Shown here: positions 38,491 through 51,968 of the stretch, piece after piece
Layout: the number at the start of each line of letters is the position of its first letter
Numbering within the stretch: the stretch's first letter is position 1
Origin: Podarcis pityusensis
Taxonomy: Eukaryota
Assembly (NCBI GenBank): GCA_964106645.2
Contig: OZ067043.1
Direction: 5' to 3' (one strand)
DNA length: 64,000 nt
The notes under the pieces: generated by a model
Databases searched by the model: none
Told to the model about the DNA's origin: nothing
What the model saw: the letters and a program-made list of their open reading frames with translations, nothing else
Translations under genes and position numbers: made by a program

Positions 38491-38910
38491 TCCTTCCCAC
38501 TCATTCCCCACGCTGTTCCAGAGAGTCCTCCTGAGAAGCATTTTTAGCAGGGAGCAATGGGGGCTGCAGGGGTAAGGTGGGATTGGTGAAAAAGTCACAC
38601 TATATCTGTCAAATTATTCTAAATTGTGTATTCCGCTATCTTGCCAGAAATGGCTCTTTTGGTAGCTAGGTGGCATATCTAGGTGGTATGAAGATGATGA
38701 TGATGTTGATGATGTTACTACTGCTACTACCATCGTTGCTGCTGCTCACATATAATTTTTATCATCCAGTCATTTACCCAGAAAACCTGGTGATTCATTC
38801 TCATATATTGAATCAATGAGACTTTAATTTTATAAGGGAAATACAAATAAATGTTTTCACAACCACTTCTCTGGGTACTTCTCTGTGTAACACTGCTTTT
38901 CTCTCCCCAG

Positions 38911-39207
38911 TGCCTACCACAGCCGAGACCATAACTCCTTCCACAGAGCTGTACAAGACAACTGTGTCAACTACAAGCACCACGCCACAGAAAATTCCAA
39001 TTAGCACAACATTACCTGGGGGGAAGGGGGATGAAAGCAAAGGCCCCAAGCCACCGCCAGCAGTATCAACGACCAAAATTCCTCCTGTTACAAGTTTTTT
39101 CCCTTTGCCAGAGAGGTTCTGTGAACTTGAGGTGAAAAGGGATATAACTTGGCCTCAGACTCCAAGAGGAAACATGGTGGAACGCCCCTGTCCCAAAGGA
39201 ACTCGTG
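38911..39207 (+). CDS. ADGRL2: ADGRL2 exon, Ser/Thr-rich linker and start of HormR domain, 297 nt
   Basis: Acceptor ctctccccAG; donor CGTG|GTAAGA; VPTTA...PERFCE...[17 protein letters not shown]. Confidence 0.96.
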
Positions 39208-39771
39208 GTAAGACCTTAAAACTGGATTTTCAGCTTAAATAAACATTCCGGTGTCTATATCTTGAACCCTCTTTTCCTTAGCCTCGGACTATCTTTCTTA
39301 TGATCTTGGCTGCTTGCAAGGAAATGGCACCTTCAGGTTTTAAGCTGTAGAGGGCATTGGAGCCTAGGTACAGAATTACATTCCAGCCCCTTCTCAAGGA
39401 TTCCAGATCATAGGTCTTTGCAACAGACAGGACTTCAGCCACACTTGCTTTCTGCTGTATTTCTCATTATGAACTCCACTTTGGATGGTTTCCAGAAAAT
39501 GCTAGAGCTTTTTCTTTTTCTCTCTGTTTATTCAGTATAAAGTCTGATATTTTGTCCTGGCTTTGTTAGCATTGCTTTTAATTGGCATCATTGCCTTTTG
39601 TTACCTCATTTTCCCACAGGCTTCCTTAGTCTCTTTTAAAGCGACTTAAGTACTGAAGCCCTAATCCAGTATTTCCCAGGTGCTTACGAAACATTTTTTT
39701 AAAAAATGTACACATGCACAAACAACTTGAACAGTCTTACTTCCATTTCATTTTTCTCATCCTTTATATAG

Positions 39772-39875
39772 GAACAGCTTCATACCTCTGCATGGTTTCC
39801 ACTGGAAAATGGAACCCGAATGGTCCTGATCTTAGCAACTGTACTTCACACTGGGTAAACCAGCTGGCTCAGAAG
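39772..39875 (+). CDS. ADGRL2: ADGRL2 exon, HormR C-terminal part, 104 nt
   Basis: Acceptor cctttatatAG; donor AAG|GTGGGT; [35 protein letters not shown]. Confidence 0.96.
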
Positions 39876-41067
39876 GTGGGTTGGAAAATATTTTTGATAT
39901 GATACCATGCCCATGATTACCAGCACAGATGCTTATGACAAACACTGGCAACGTTGCACGAGACTAAATCAAGTGCCCTGCCATCCCAGGGCTTTAATAG
40001 GGATGTCATGATATTGCCCACTTCAAGGGTTGGGGCAAACACACTTGTGGTTTCACCTTGCAAACTGCTGCTTCCGGCTAACTCTGCCTCAAGGCAAACA
40101 ATGTTGGTTTCAGCCAGGTGACAGTTAAAGCAGAGGATGTGGCAGTTATAGGGCTCTCCTAGCTTTCAACAGAGCATCTTCTCCTTCCAAGAGCTACAGT
40201 TCCCACATCCTTCACAGGAAATGGCGCTGAACATCATATTTGCACCAAGGAAAAGGCTGTCTCCTCTGCTTTGATCTTTGCCTAGGTGGAGCTAAGGGAT
40301 TTTTCAGCAAAGGGACACAAGCATGGAGACATTAACGGAACAGCCATTCATTGAGCTCCTGCTCTGTATTTTTGTTTTGTTTAATAAAGGGTGGTCTATA
40401 AGTAAAATGAGGGAAATTTTTAAAACACTGTATTACTAGCAGGAAATCCCTATGAAAGTTAATATGCATAAGAGAGGGAAAGGATGGACTGTTTCTGTCC
40501 TTAGCTATCAGCTCTTGTATCCCATTCTCGTTTCCTAAATATTTGAGCTGTACTGTCACATTCTGCCTGCCACATTGACAGCCTCCGTAACTGCTGGGGT
40601 GAAAAGCAAATAAAGATATCCTATGTTACACTCCCCACCCCACAAAAGAATCTGTGTTTCAGATGGACTGCCCTGTGCTGAAACCCAGCTCTTGGAGATT
40701 GCGGGTGGGAGGAAACATCACAAACAAACTGCCTCATTTCCCACCGCTTCCTCCAAAGAAGCACAAAGGGGGGGGGGGGAATCTCAAATGCCTGCGGAGA
40801 TTGGTTGGTTTTGCTCCCTGCAAATGCAGAGCTCTCCATGCAGCACTTTATCATCCCACCACGGGATGAATGGTGGCCATTCACTCCTGGAGAAGAAAGC
40901 GAAGGCACTTGGGAAAAGGGGGCTCATTCCTTAGCCCTGCAGATCCCGGCGATTAAGAATCAAGTCTCCTACTATTTCCGTAGCCCCATTCTGCATAGAA
41001 TTTGTTGGTCACACTGAAAATGTGATGGAGCATTGAGAGAGTAGAATGGAATGCTTGGAATTGACAT

Positions 41068-41080
41068 GATAGATAGATAA

Positions 41081-41114
<34 letters not shown>
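41068..41114. repeat. (GATA)n microsatellite with one interruption
   Basis: Direct reading. Confidence 0.95.
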
Positions 41115-41340
41115 CACCATCAATGCATATAGCACTTTACTAAATCTAAGCAGTGTTGCATATTATCTCTCATTTTTTGTGGGTGTAGGGCAGTTGTTGC
41201 TTTTTTAAGGACAAAAGAACTTTGAAAGATAAAAAAAAAATGTAACAAAAAATAACCCACCTTTCTATTTAGAAATAAAGTGTTCTAAGAGTTAAGTGGC
41301 AGTGGGGGCATCACTAAAATACTTTAAATTGTCATTTCAG

Positions 41341-41526
41341 ATCAGAAGTGGAGAAAATGCTGCTAGCCTTGCCAATGAACTGGCTAAACATACCAAAGGA
41401 CAAATCTATGCTGGTGATGTGAGTTCTTCAGTCAGACTGATGGAACAGTTGGTGGATATTCTTGATGCTCAGCTGCAAGATCTGAAGCCTAACGAGAAGG
41501 ACTCTGCTGGACGGAGTTATAACAAG
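41341..41526 (+). CDS. ADGRL2: ADGRL2 exon, GAIN subdomain A, 186 nt
   Basis: Acceptor gtcatttcAG; donor AAG|GTAGAT; [20 protein letters not shown]...DSAGRSYNK. Confidence 0.96.
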
Positions 41527-42246
41527 GTAGATACCAACCTGAATAGCCTTCTCTGGTGTGCATTAGAACAACCCGGCCTTGTGGCTTTCTTTCTTTTCTC
41601 TTGCAAAACATCTGCCTGTATTTTGCACCAGTCCTTTGAAGTAGGGCACATTTAGGGTTTTTTTTTTGGGGGGGGGACCAACAAATTCATGGAGACGTGG
41701 ATTCTGATGCTGTGTCAGAGTCCCCAAAGGCTGGTGGTACACGAGAACAGAATGTGACCGTTCCCATGTGGGCAGAAGGAATTGAACGGATAATGTTAAT
41801 TATACTTTAGCAGCAGCCTGAAACAGAACAATGATTAAGGCATCAATAAGAATCAGACCTGTTATGTCCTTTGATCCTTTATAACTCTCAACCTGGGTGG
41901 GGGAGGGACTGTGGCAGGGAAAAATGAATACTCATTTATTTATTTTTTGCTGTGACCTTCTTACTAATGTGATTTGGGCTCCTAGAAGTATTTGACATAC
42001 CAAACCATGAACTAACCTTAGTGCATTGGAATGGCCTTGTGCTGCATTCACCCCCTTAAAAACCCGCAGATTCACCTGGAAGTGATACTTTAACACACTT
42101 TAAGATTGTTAATTTTATCAGCAGATCTTATTTCTCCAGTTAGCATATAAGCGTTTGAACAATGATCAAGTAGTACTAATCCTATTACCCTTTTTTAAAA
42201 AAAAAATGTCTAACCTCTGATGTGTGTTTTTTGTCTTATTACCAAG

Positions 42247-42285
42247 CTCCAAAAGCGAGAGAAGACATGCAGGTCTTACCTTAAG
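42247..42285 (+). CDS. ADGRL2: ADGRL2 39-nt cassette exon in GAIN domain (LQKREKTCRSYLK)
   Basis: Acceptor ttattaccAAG; donor AAG|GTATCT; symmetric phase 0-0. Matches the known optional 13-aa latrophilin GAIN insert. Confidence 0.93.
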
Positions 42286-42645
42286 GTATCTCTCCTGTGC
42301 TGTCACCTTGCTTCGTCCCTGCTTCAGTCACCTGCTGCCACGCTTTTACCCCCCTGCTGCATGTCCTTATGTATTTCAGTCTTTGATAATTGCGTACTGT
42401 GCCTTCCCCACAGCAATTGTACAAAAAAAGGTATTGGCTTTGCATGGGTATAATACCTTCAGAAAAAGCCAATCATAAATAATAAATCGATATAATCGAT
42501 ACTTCCTTTCCTCCTCCTTTTCTCAAAAAAAGCAGCCATGGAGCTTTTAACTGAATTGGAAATAAGAACAGTTTTGCTTCCTCGTGGTATTGTGCCTGTG
42601 GAAGGAAAACAAAACTGGCAATGGGCACAAATTGTTTGACATGGG

Positions 42646-42825
42646 AACACAGGAAGTTGCCTTATACTGAGTCAGACTATAGATCCACATAGCTCAGTAT
42701 TGCCTACACTGGCTGGTAGCTGCTCTCCAGGGTTTCAGACTGGGGACATTGCCAGACCTGCCTGGAAATGCTGGGGATTAAAGTTGGGACTTTTCTGCAT
42801 GCAGTGCAGATGCTACAGCCCTGCC
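42646..42825 (-). mobile_element. tRNA-derived squamate SINE with CR1-like tail
   Basis: Tail aacacaggaagttgccttatactgagtcagac...; head ...ttctgcatgcagtgcagatgct. Confidence 0.7.
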
Positions 42826-43103
42826 CCCTTGCACCTGGGTTTTGTGTTTGCAGATCTGTGTATCAAAGACTGTGTAGCCATATCTAGTGGAATCCACTAA
42901 TCACTGCTGCCTCATGACTTCCATTGGTTCAGTGGAGTTTGTGTGGCAAGAGTGTCTTATGGATTACATCCCATGCTTGTGCATGACAAAAAAACAAAAA
43001 CCCCAACACATACACATGTTAAACTACCCTACATTTTATTTTATTTTATTTTTGTGCACTCTTGAATTCAGCGAGTTCTATATTGTGTGTATGACTCCAG
43101 GGA

Positions 43104-43106
<3 letters not shown>

Positions 43107-43143
<37 letters not shown>
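43107..43143. repeat. (GT)n microsatellite
   Basis: Direct reading. Confidence 0.95.
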
Positions 43144-43144
<1 letters not shown>

Positions 43145-46100
43145 AGTTAACAAAGGCCAGCTTTGATCATTTGAGCTACAGATACAGTGCAAACTTTCCT
43201 CATATTCTCCTGGAAGCATATCCTGTTTCCCATATACCAGGAGAGGCATAAAGATACTAAGGAACTTGGAATGTCTTGCAGGTCTTATTATGTGTATTTT
43301 GTTCTGGTTAATGTCAGTTTTTCAACTGTGGTGGGATGTTGGATGAAAAACGAAAGCCTGCTGCTGATTTGTTTTGAAACATGCATTCCATATGTCTTCG
43401 TAGTTTTTTCTTTTGCAATGTTACCAATTGGTATTAAAAATAGCAATTCTAAAAAAACACTGAAGCAGCGCAACACAGAATAAAATCAATAATAATAAAG
43501 CTTCTAAGAGATATAACGTTGTCCAACTGTTTAAGAACAACTGTTCAACTGAGAGCGGACCAGTTTATTGTTCACTCCTTTTCCTTAACCCCTTTCTCTG
43601 GAGTTACAAATCGTCCCACTCCACGAAGGAACTAGCCGTGATGAAAGCTATTACATCTGCAGAAATGCCAATTATGGTTGGAGCTTACCAGAACTTAATG
43701 CAGAATTAAACCATGGTTTCACATCCGGGGTTAAAAGGCATCCCAGTTAGTCCTAGCTGCAGACATAATATTTATCTATGGGTATGCATCTTACCAAAGG
43801 CCGGAAAAAGGTCCTGCCCAATCCCTTGGCTGGCTGTTGATTGCTTAACCATGGAACATGTTACATCTGCTCTCAGCCCAGATGACATTTTGCCCTCTGT
43901 TTTACATTCAGCTGCTGATAAAACTTTGGGGAGACCGAAGTGTGTTCAGTTTTATCAAGCGGTTTTGCAAGGAAAGGAGAGTAGGAGGCGGGGGGAGCAA
44001 CATGTATCTTAAATTATACCATGATAACTGCTCTCTTTTAAAGCCAATGAGTGGGACGCAAAGCAAAGTCTGCTGAATTGGGTTGATTTCTTTTTTACAG
44101 TTGCATTTGCAGTTCACCTTTGAAGATAAATGTCATTGGGTAAAATGTAATAACCGTGTGTGTGCTCGCTACTGAAAATGTTTTGTCACTGTGATGGGGA
44201 GAATCTAGGGTTACGAGCCGGTCTTAAGTGAGGCGTTAATTCCCAGTGATTTATTTGAATGAGGAGGTTGAGCACACGCATAAATATTCTTCACTGAAAT
44301 CAGTGGGGTCTCAAGCCTCCTTCACATTTTACTCTTGTAAAGGGGCAATATGAGTAGAAAGAGGCTCCTTCAGGCACCACTCCTGCCATCCATGTATAAG
44401 TGTGGATGTCTGAGGTGGGGGAAGCCTTTGCACATAAATGTCCGGACACATAGGCTTCCATTACCCAGAGAAGCCTACATTTGTAGGCTACCCCACATCA
44501 GAAGTCTATGCTAATGGCTGGGCACGTGTACATCTGCTACACGACCCCCTCCACCCTTTGTGATTATTATTGCTACATTTATGTACCATCCATAAATTCA
44601 GTTCTCTAGTGGTTGGTATTCAACTATGTTGTACTCAGAGTACTCCTGTTGCCATTGATGTACCTAACTTAGCCATGTTCATTACTTTCCACGTACCTGC
44701 TCTGAGTAAAACTTAATTTAATACAACTCATAGTTTAAACACACACACAAAATCCAATTATACAAATACAACTTAGCACGTAAAACCACCCCAAAGCCTG
44801 CACAAACACTGCAGCACAAAATCAGTTTTAAACTGGCAAGGGAAAAACATTTATGTTAGCAATTTATAGGCAGCTTAATGTAAAAACAAAAAACCCTCTC
44901 TAAGCAATTTACCAAGTTTTTTTTTTTGTTTTTTTTTTTTAAAACCAATCCATAAAACTGTAAGGCTAGAATACAAATAAGATGAAAATACATGTTGTCA
45001 CTAAAAATCCATAATCGGAATACTAAAACAAAATACTGAGGAGTGCATGGCGGGCAGATTAGCAGTCAAAAATGCCCAAGCAAATAACTAAGCTTTTGAT
45101 GGGCATCTAAAACACGTCATGGTTGACATCTCCCAGATTGTGTGGGAGAGGAGGCAAGGAATTAAGCATATTAAAAAATGTGCATGTCCTGGAAGAATAT
45201 AAATGTCTACACTTGGCACAATGCGGGTGGGCACCAGGCAAGCCTCTCTGATGAGGATGTTCTGTGTATGGGGCACCACTACCAAAAAGACCTTGCTACC
45301 TTTGGACTGTGGTATTATGGCCTGGGAATTTATTCTAACTCTCCACCTCCCTCTCCAGCCACCGTTGACAAGAAATAGTGTCATTAAAGAGCTGACTATT
45401 TTAATGTGACCGAAGAAAAGCATCCAGTCAGACAACATTAAAAATATAAGGAGTGAATTGGGCTAATGGATGCATGCAGCCATCAGGACACGTATATACA
45501 CGCAACACGAACTGCAGCACAGCCTTAATTTCTCGCTGAGATCATTTTTAGTAGGTCTCAAATGAGCTTCCCAGTTTGGCTAAGACTAATAAAAACCTCT
45601 TAAAATTACAAATCGAAAGCCAGCTGATGCTATGCAAATGAAGCAAGTCCTCACTTCGCGACAGAGGATTCATTTGTAACTCAGATCAGAGGCTCCGATC
45701 CGTATTTCTTGGTGACTAATGAATATGGCCTCTGCAGACCAATTTCTGTTCCACTCTATTTAATGGCTGAAGCAGTATCAGTGTGAGCAGTTTGACTCTT
45801 CTATTTCCCATTAGAGAAGAGGGGAAGAAAATCCTTTCATTCCACTCCAAAGTATCTCCCACCTGCCATTGTAGAGGCTCACAATTCAGACAGAAAGAGG
45901 ATATTAAGATGGATTAGGCTAATTAATTTTGCTCCTGACAATAGAGAGTCCTGACCCAACTTTTTTCTATCCATTCAGGCGTGGAGCAGTGTTCTGGGCG
46001 CGACATCTTTTTATTTGTGTGACGCACTCTGTTTGCATTTCTATTTGTTTTCGAAATCAGCCAAATCATATGCAGATATAGATATATGTACCTAATGACA

Positions 46101-46625
46101 CATTGTAACTAGGTAAATGGGACATGGTGATTCAGCAATCACCCACATTACGCATTAACATAAGAGCCTCTCTTCAATTGACGAATATCGTGTTTTCACT
46201 AAATTTCTCCTTAATTGCATATTGTTTTGTGAGCATCTTAATGTGAGTGTAAGTATGTGAGATCAGGCTGCTACTGATCATTCTTTGGTTCTGAATAAAT
46301 GGGGAAATCCTCTGCTCCTGCCGAACTTAACTTGCACATCGGAGCCCAGTATAGCTCTAGCCTGGCTGGAGGAACTTTAAAATTAAAGCCATGAGGGTTC
46401 CCTTTTTATATGCTTCGGTATGCTAATAATATTCTTTTTCGCTGCTGCTCCAAGGCTTCTTATATCAATGCTCTTTGTTATACGGGGAAAGCGGTAGCCT
46501 TTTGGTCTTTAAATCACCGCAAATCATGTTGACAGTTAAATATTGTAATTGTCATCAGATCATGTTAGGGACTCTCTCCTGTTGCCTTAAGGCAGTAAGG
46601 CCTAATATTTTTCTACTGAATGCAG

Positions 46626-46809
46626 GCTATTGTTGACACGGTGGACAACCTGCTTAGGACCCAAGCGCTAGACTCCTGGAGAGATATGAATTCCTCTGAA
46701 CGAGCACATGCTGCAACCATGTTACTTGATACCCTGGAAGAAGGGGCCTTTGTCTTGGCTGACAACCTCTTAGAACCAACAAGGGTCGCAATGCCTACAG
46801 ATCACATTG
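46626..46809 (+). CDS. ADGRL2: ADGRL2 exon, GAIN domain, 184 nt
   Basis: Acceptor gaatgcAG; donor ATTG|GTAAGT; [11 protein letters not shown]...[18 protein letters not shown]. Confidence 0.96.
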
Positions 46810-48956
46810 GTAAGTGAATACGTCTTGAAACGCTTGGCATCACACCGTGGGAAGAGTCCACCAAGCCCAGTGGTTTGGGATGTCCATATATTCCACATTA
46901 GATGGAACAGTGTAATTTGCCCAATTATAAATATATTACATGAAAATAATACAGAAACCTCTGCATTTTAAAAATGGAAAACCATTATAGATTGATGTTC
47001 TGGCTATAGAACAGATAGCGACTAAGATTGTAACCCCGACAATTCCTAGTTCGATTATTTTTGGCTAACAAAATTAAGTCAAAGGACTTAGGCAAGTAAC
47101 CTTTATCTTATTCTCATCTGAATTATGGAGCTAATAATGTTGGGCTACTTCTGAAGGATTATTGTAAATATTTCTGGATAAAATGTGTATGTAGCGCTTT
47201 GAACACTTTAAAAAATGTGCTACATAAATGATAGAAAATACATACATATTTTTCAGTCCTCATGGTAGAAACTCTTTCTCCTTTATACATAATCAGTTCC
47301 TAATGAATGTAGATTACTTTCAGGGAGAGCGCATTGCCAACTTTGGGCACATAGCACATAGACTAAATGTTTGCATTAAGCACAACTGCCTTCAGGTGAA
47401 AGTGTGTTCAGTGAGCCACGTCTCCCACAATACAAAATAGCCATGCTTTGCAGATTGCAAAATAGCTACCGACACTTTGAGCATAATTTATCATTTAAAT
47501 GCTGGCAGGGAAATGAAACTATTATGTATTAGGGACATACAGGTATATCTTGTTGTGGTTAAGAAGGTTGTTGTGTATAGATGTAAAATGCCATTCTCCT
47601 TACGTCCTTGAGGCTTATACCAGTCTACATATTAGGAGGTAGAGCACACATATGTCACAGACATTTCAAGACTAGACTTTAAAATGGAAAAACTAATTTA
47701 TGAATGGGAGAATGTCAGGTACGTGGATTTGTGAATGAGGTGGTGCATGTTTTTGTTGCTAAAGGTGGAAGCAGAGTTTGCAGATGATCAGCTGTGGAAT
47801 GCTAAGGATGTCTACTCTAAAGTAAATTCATCTAGGTTAAGTGGGCCTTTGGCTGTGAAGCAAATCCCCTTTGTACCAGGCCTGGTGGGCTGGGGAGACG
47901 GATTGGCTTGAGGTGCCACACCACCCAGTCATCACACTGACTGCCACTATCAGCCTGCAGAGTGAGGTCAGCATGTAGAGTCTCCCCCACAATAAGCAGA
48001 AGTACCACCAGTGGAAGCCATGTTCCAGGAAAGAGGAGGTGCTGAGCTGGACCTCTTCACCTGCTGGCATCGGTCCTGAGCTTGGCTGGATCACTGCATT
48101 ACCTCCAGGCTGCTGCAGCAACCTGCTTTCCCCCTCCTCCAGCCATCTCCCGTGGCCGGTGTGAGAGTTGTAGATGCAGCGGTGGGTTCCACCATTCTGT
48201 CACACCCTGCCCCTGCCCAACTAGTTGCTATCAACTAATGATTTTTTTCATATTTAGTTTATCTATTTACATTAATAAATATATACCCTTTCCCCACTCT
48301 AGAAAAATAGCTGCTGGTACTCACCCTGCTACAGTTTTTAACAAAAACAAAAGAGGTGCCATTGCTGCATACTCTTGAGTAACCCCTCAAAAAAAGCACT
48401 GTCCATATCCTACCTTTCCCCAGAGTTGTGCCCATTGTTATTACCTCCAGCACCCCTTTAATTTAAGTAGGTTAGGCTAAAATACAATGACTGAGCCATG
48501 GTCACCCTACAGAGATTTAAGCCTAGATGCCCCCAGTCCCATTCTGACAGTTTTAATGATCTACTCCTCTGGCTTCCTGTTGCTGAGAGATTAGGCATAG
48601 CAATAGCAAGTAGGACACAAACACTAAAAATTCATGCATCATGGCTGCTTTGGTCTCCAAAAGTTAAGTATATCTTCCAACTAAGAACTCTTGGGACTTT
48701 TGAAGTGATCTCTCTTAGGCTCACATTAAAACCAGGTTGGCTGTCATGTTCTTTGAACTGGCGTGCTGTTACTTTTGTGCATCTGCACTCGGGTTTGATT
48801 AAAATTTAAAGGAAAACGACTCCAATGCTACCGGTATGCATCTGTCATGTACAAGCAAGAAAATAAGCATCCCGAAAGGAAAAAAGGAAAAGGAAATCAT
48901 CAGCCAAATCTGACCACAGAAAACAAAAACCTTCTTCTTGCTTTTTGTCCACCTAG

Positions 48957-49079
48957 TCTTGGAAGTTGCAGTGCTGAGTACAGAAGGGCAGGTGCAGGAC
49001 TTGAAATTCCCCCAGGGCAACGCAGGAGGCAATTCTATCCAGCTCTCTTCGAACACTGTGAAGCAGAACAGCAGAAGCG
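48957..49079 (+). CDS. ADGRL2: ADGRL2 exon, GAIN domain, 123 nt
   Basis: Acceptor gtccaccTAG; donor AGCG|GTATGT; [19 protein letters not shown]...[14 protein letters not shown]. Confidence 0.95.
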
Positions 49080-49342
49080 GTATGTCTTTTGCAAACCATT
49101 TATTTTTCAGCTGTAGCAACTTAATTTTGGAAGGGTTTGCTGTGTTATAATAATACACCCTCAGCAACATTAAAAATAGCTAGTCAATAGCTCTCATTTG
49201 TAAATAACATTAGGCTGCCTTTTTTCTTTCTTTCTTTCTTTTTTTACTCGAATCAATCTTTCTGCACTAAAGCTGGGGAGGGCTAGGCTATTTAAAACAT
49301 GCCATGTTATATAAAGTGACTATAATAGCTTTCTTTTCACAG

Positions 49343-49548
49343 GGTTAGCAAAGCTGGTTTTCATAATTTACAAAAGCTTGGGCCAGTTCCTCAGTACGGA
49401 AAATGCAACCATCAAACTGGGAGGAGAGTTTGCTGGCAGGAACAGTACCATCGCTGTGAACTCTGACGTCATTGCGGCCTCCATCAACAAGGAGTCCAGT
49501 CGCGTGTACTTGACAGACCCTGTTCTTTTCACCCTGGCACACATTGAT
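49343..49548 (+). CDS. ADGRL2: ADGRL2 exon, GAIN domain, 206 nt
   Basis: Acceptor ttcttttcacAG; donor GAT|GTGAGT; [26 protein letters not shown]...[23 protein letters not shown]. Confidence 0.96.
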
Positions 49549-50045
49549 GTGAGTTATGGTAATGAATTAATGGGAAGGTCATAAAATCAGCAAGAGCAAA
49601 GAGCAAAGAAGGGACGGGGGTGGATCTTTCAATTTGAATTTTAAATGTTGGACTAGGTCAGAGGCACAGGTTTGTTTAAGTCTACGAACATAAAATTAAA
49701 TGAGCCTGGTTCAGTGATTATTAGAACTTAAGTGTATTCTTAATGAAAGCTAATTCGGTAATCAACATGAAAATGTAAATGGCTCTAATTTGTTCCTAAG
49801 TGAAAATTAACTCTTACCTTAGCAGCAGGACAGAAAAACACCAGCTCTTATGATTTTGCTTCCTTAATGCAGCAAAATTTTAATGGAACTTAGAGCATTT
49901 TGCTCTAATTCCATACTGTCTGCTAGAGCCCATTCACTAATCGTTCAGATAGGTTTTAGTCAACGAAGGAATCTAGTGCTGTTTTCTGCATTCTGCTTGA
50001 TGCTAGGTTTAACTTCTCTGTGCTTGAACTAGTCAGATGTTAGTA

Positions 50046-50235
50046 TTCCGACTAAACATCAGGAAGAACTTTTTGACAACAAGAGCTGCTCAACAGTGGA
50101 ACAGACTCTTTAGAGTTGTTATTTTTAGCAGAGGTTAGATGTCCATCTGTCATGTATGATCTAGTTGAGATTCCTGTATTGCAGGGGTTTGGACTAGATG
50201 ACCCTCAGGATCCCTTCCAATGCTACAATTTTATT
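50046..50235 (+). mobile_element. CR1 LINE 3' end, 5'-truncated
   Basis: Translates FRLNIRKNFLTTRAAQQWNRL, the CR1 ORF2 C-terminus, followed by the 3' UTR ttcctgtattgcaggggtttggactagatgaccc...cccttccaa. Confidence 0.85.
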
Positions 50236-50859
50236 TTCCCAGCTGAGATTTTCCATTTACCAAAAGAGAAGACTCTTAAAAAAAGAAAGGAAAAATCCCC
50301 TCTCTAGGTGTTTTTCCCCAGACCAGTTTTTCAGTTCAGTTTAATCTGAATTATTATGTCTAGTGATCCTTTAGACTTGATAGAAATTGAGAAAAGGAAA
50401 GTGAATTCGTTAGTAAATCCTCAAGTATTCAAGAAGCCCTTTAGAGAAACTTCATGAATCTACTGCTGCAGGATCGGCAGAAATGGCCACAAGTGCACAG
50501 TATGAACATTGAACAGCAAGTAGGAAACTGATTGATTAAAATTAGATCTATAGTAATGTGGATTGCACTTTGGCATATTTTAAACTATTAGACCCACTTT
50601 ATAACTAGGTGGTAGGCTTGTTCAACATGTTCTTGTTGGGTTTGCTAATGCTGGGTACAATCCGCCGCAGTCTATCCTAGGTCACCTTAATTGCTGTTTA
50701 ATGGTGTATGAACCTATGCCCCTTATTCAATTGTGCTCCAAAACAGCAAACCACAAAAATGTGGAGAATGTAATCCAAATTGTATTCTATGCCCATTGCG
50801 CCATACTTGTCATTTCTGGGTTTACAGTTCTAATTTTCTTTCATCCTGGTGTTTTGCAG

Positions 50860-51033
50860 ACCAAGAATTATTTCAATGCAAATTGTTCCTTCTGGAACTA
50901 CTCTGAACGGACTATGATGGGCTATTGGTCAACTCAAGGATGCAAGCTGATTGACACAAATAAAACACATACCACGTGCGCATGTAGCCACCTAACCAAT
51001 TTTGCAATCCTCATGGCACACAGGGGAATTGCG
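50860..51033 (+). CDS. ADGRL2: ADGRL2 exon, GPS motif with autoproteolysis site and tethered agonist, 174 nt
   Basis: Acceptor gttttgcAG; donor GCG|GTAAGG; NCSFWNYS...WSTQGC...[15 protein letters not shown]. The cleavage site falls between codons 50992-50994 (L) and 50995-50997 (T). Confidence 0.97.
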
Positions 51034-51929
51034 GTAAGGAACAATGCCTTTAATCGGCAACCAAATGACATTTAGAAAACCCACTTTAACTTCTCTATGT
51101 TTGAACTATCTATACAGTCGGATGTTTGTATAATTTCAGGATCCTTCTGGACATCTCATTTCACAGTATTCCAAATATGACCTTTGTGTTCCATAGGTTC
51201 AGATGTAAAATGAAGAAAAGGAATGTGTCTGTTCAGCTCCTTATATTTAATGCTGGATGCCATTTCATTAAAGGAGCTCAAATATACAGTCATCCCCTAT
51301 CATTATGTACCAATATTTTCTGCTTTTTGGCAGTTTTAAGTTCTCCGACATACTCTTGCTTTCTCAAAGCATTTTGTAGATTTCTGATAGGATTGCAGTT
51401 AAGACTGATTACTTGAAAACTCTGCAAATTCACATTGGGACTGGTTAACTGTTGACAAAGGGATGGATATTTACACCTTTCAAAAGCATACTTAAAAGGG
51501 AAGTGTGTATTCTGCTCTGCATTCTCTAGACCCAGGTAATAGGTATCTGGATGGCATCAGTTCTGAGGGAAAATCAAAAACTACCAAGAGCTATAAAGTA
51601 CAAGTTCTTCTTTATGCTACTGAGCTACAGAGCCATGGAAATGATACTAAAGGATGTATGTTAATTTTCTCTTACCTGGCCATGAGTTGCATCATTGGCC
51701 AAGGAGCCTGACAGCATCTCCTACTCTAACTGGATCACACAATGAGAGTTATTCATCCATTCCATTTATGGAACATATGGCTTTTACTGAAGATCTCTAG
51801 TTTCCTTAAATTTCCTTTGATGACCTGAGCAATGCTTTATTTGTGCATTCAATACAGAAATTATGTTTTCCCTCCCCTGCTCTCCTTCCAAAACATCCCT
51901 TAGGCTTCAAATGTGGCATGTTATTGGAA

Positions 51930-51932
<3 letters not shown>

Positions 51933-51968
<36 letters not shown>
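51933..51968. repeat. (AAT)12 microsatellite about 160 nt upstream of the TM1 exon
   Basis: Direct reading. Confidence 0.95.

Noticed and set aside
39855-39875. Alternative in-frame donor TGG|GTAAAC that would remove VNQLAQK
   Set aside because: It is a weak match at +5/+6 and would truncate the first GAIN helix. There is no supporting evidence.
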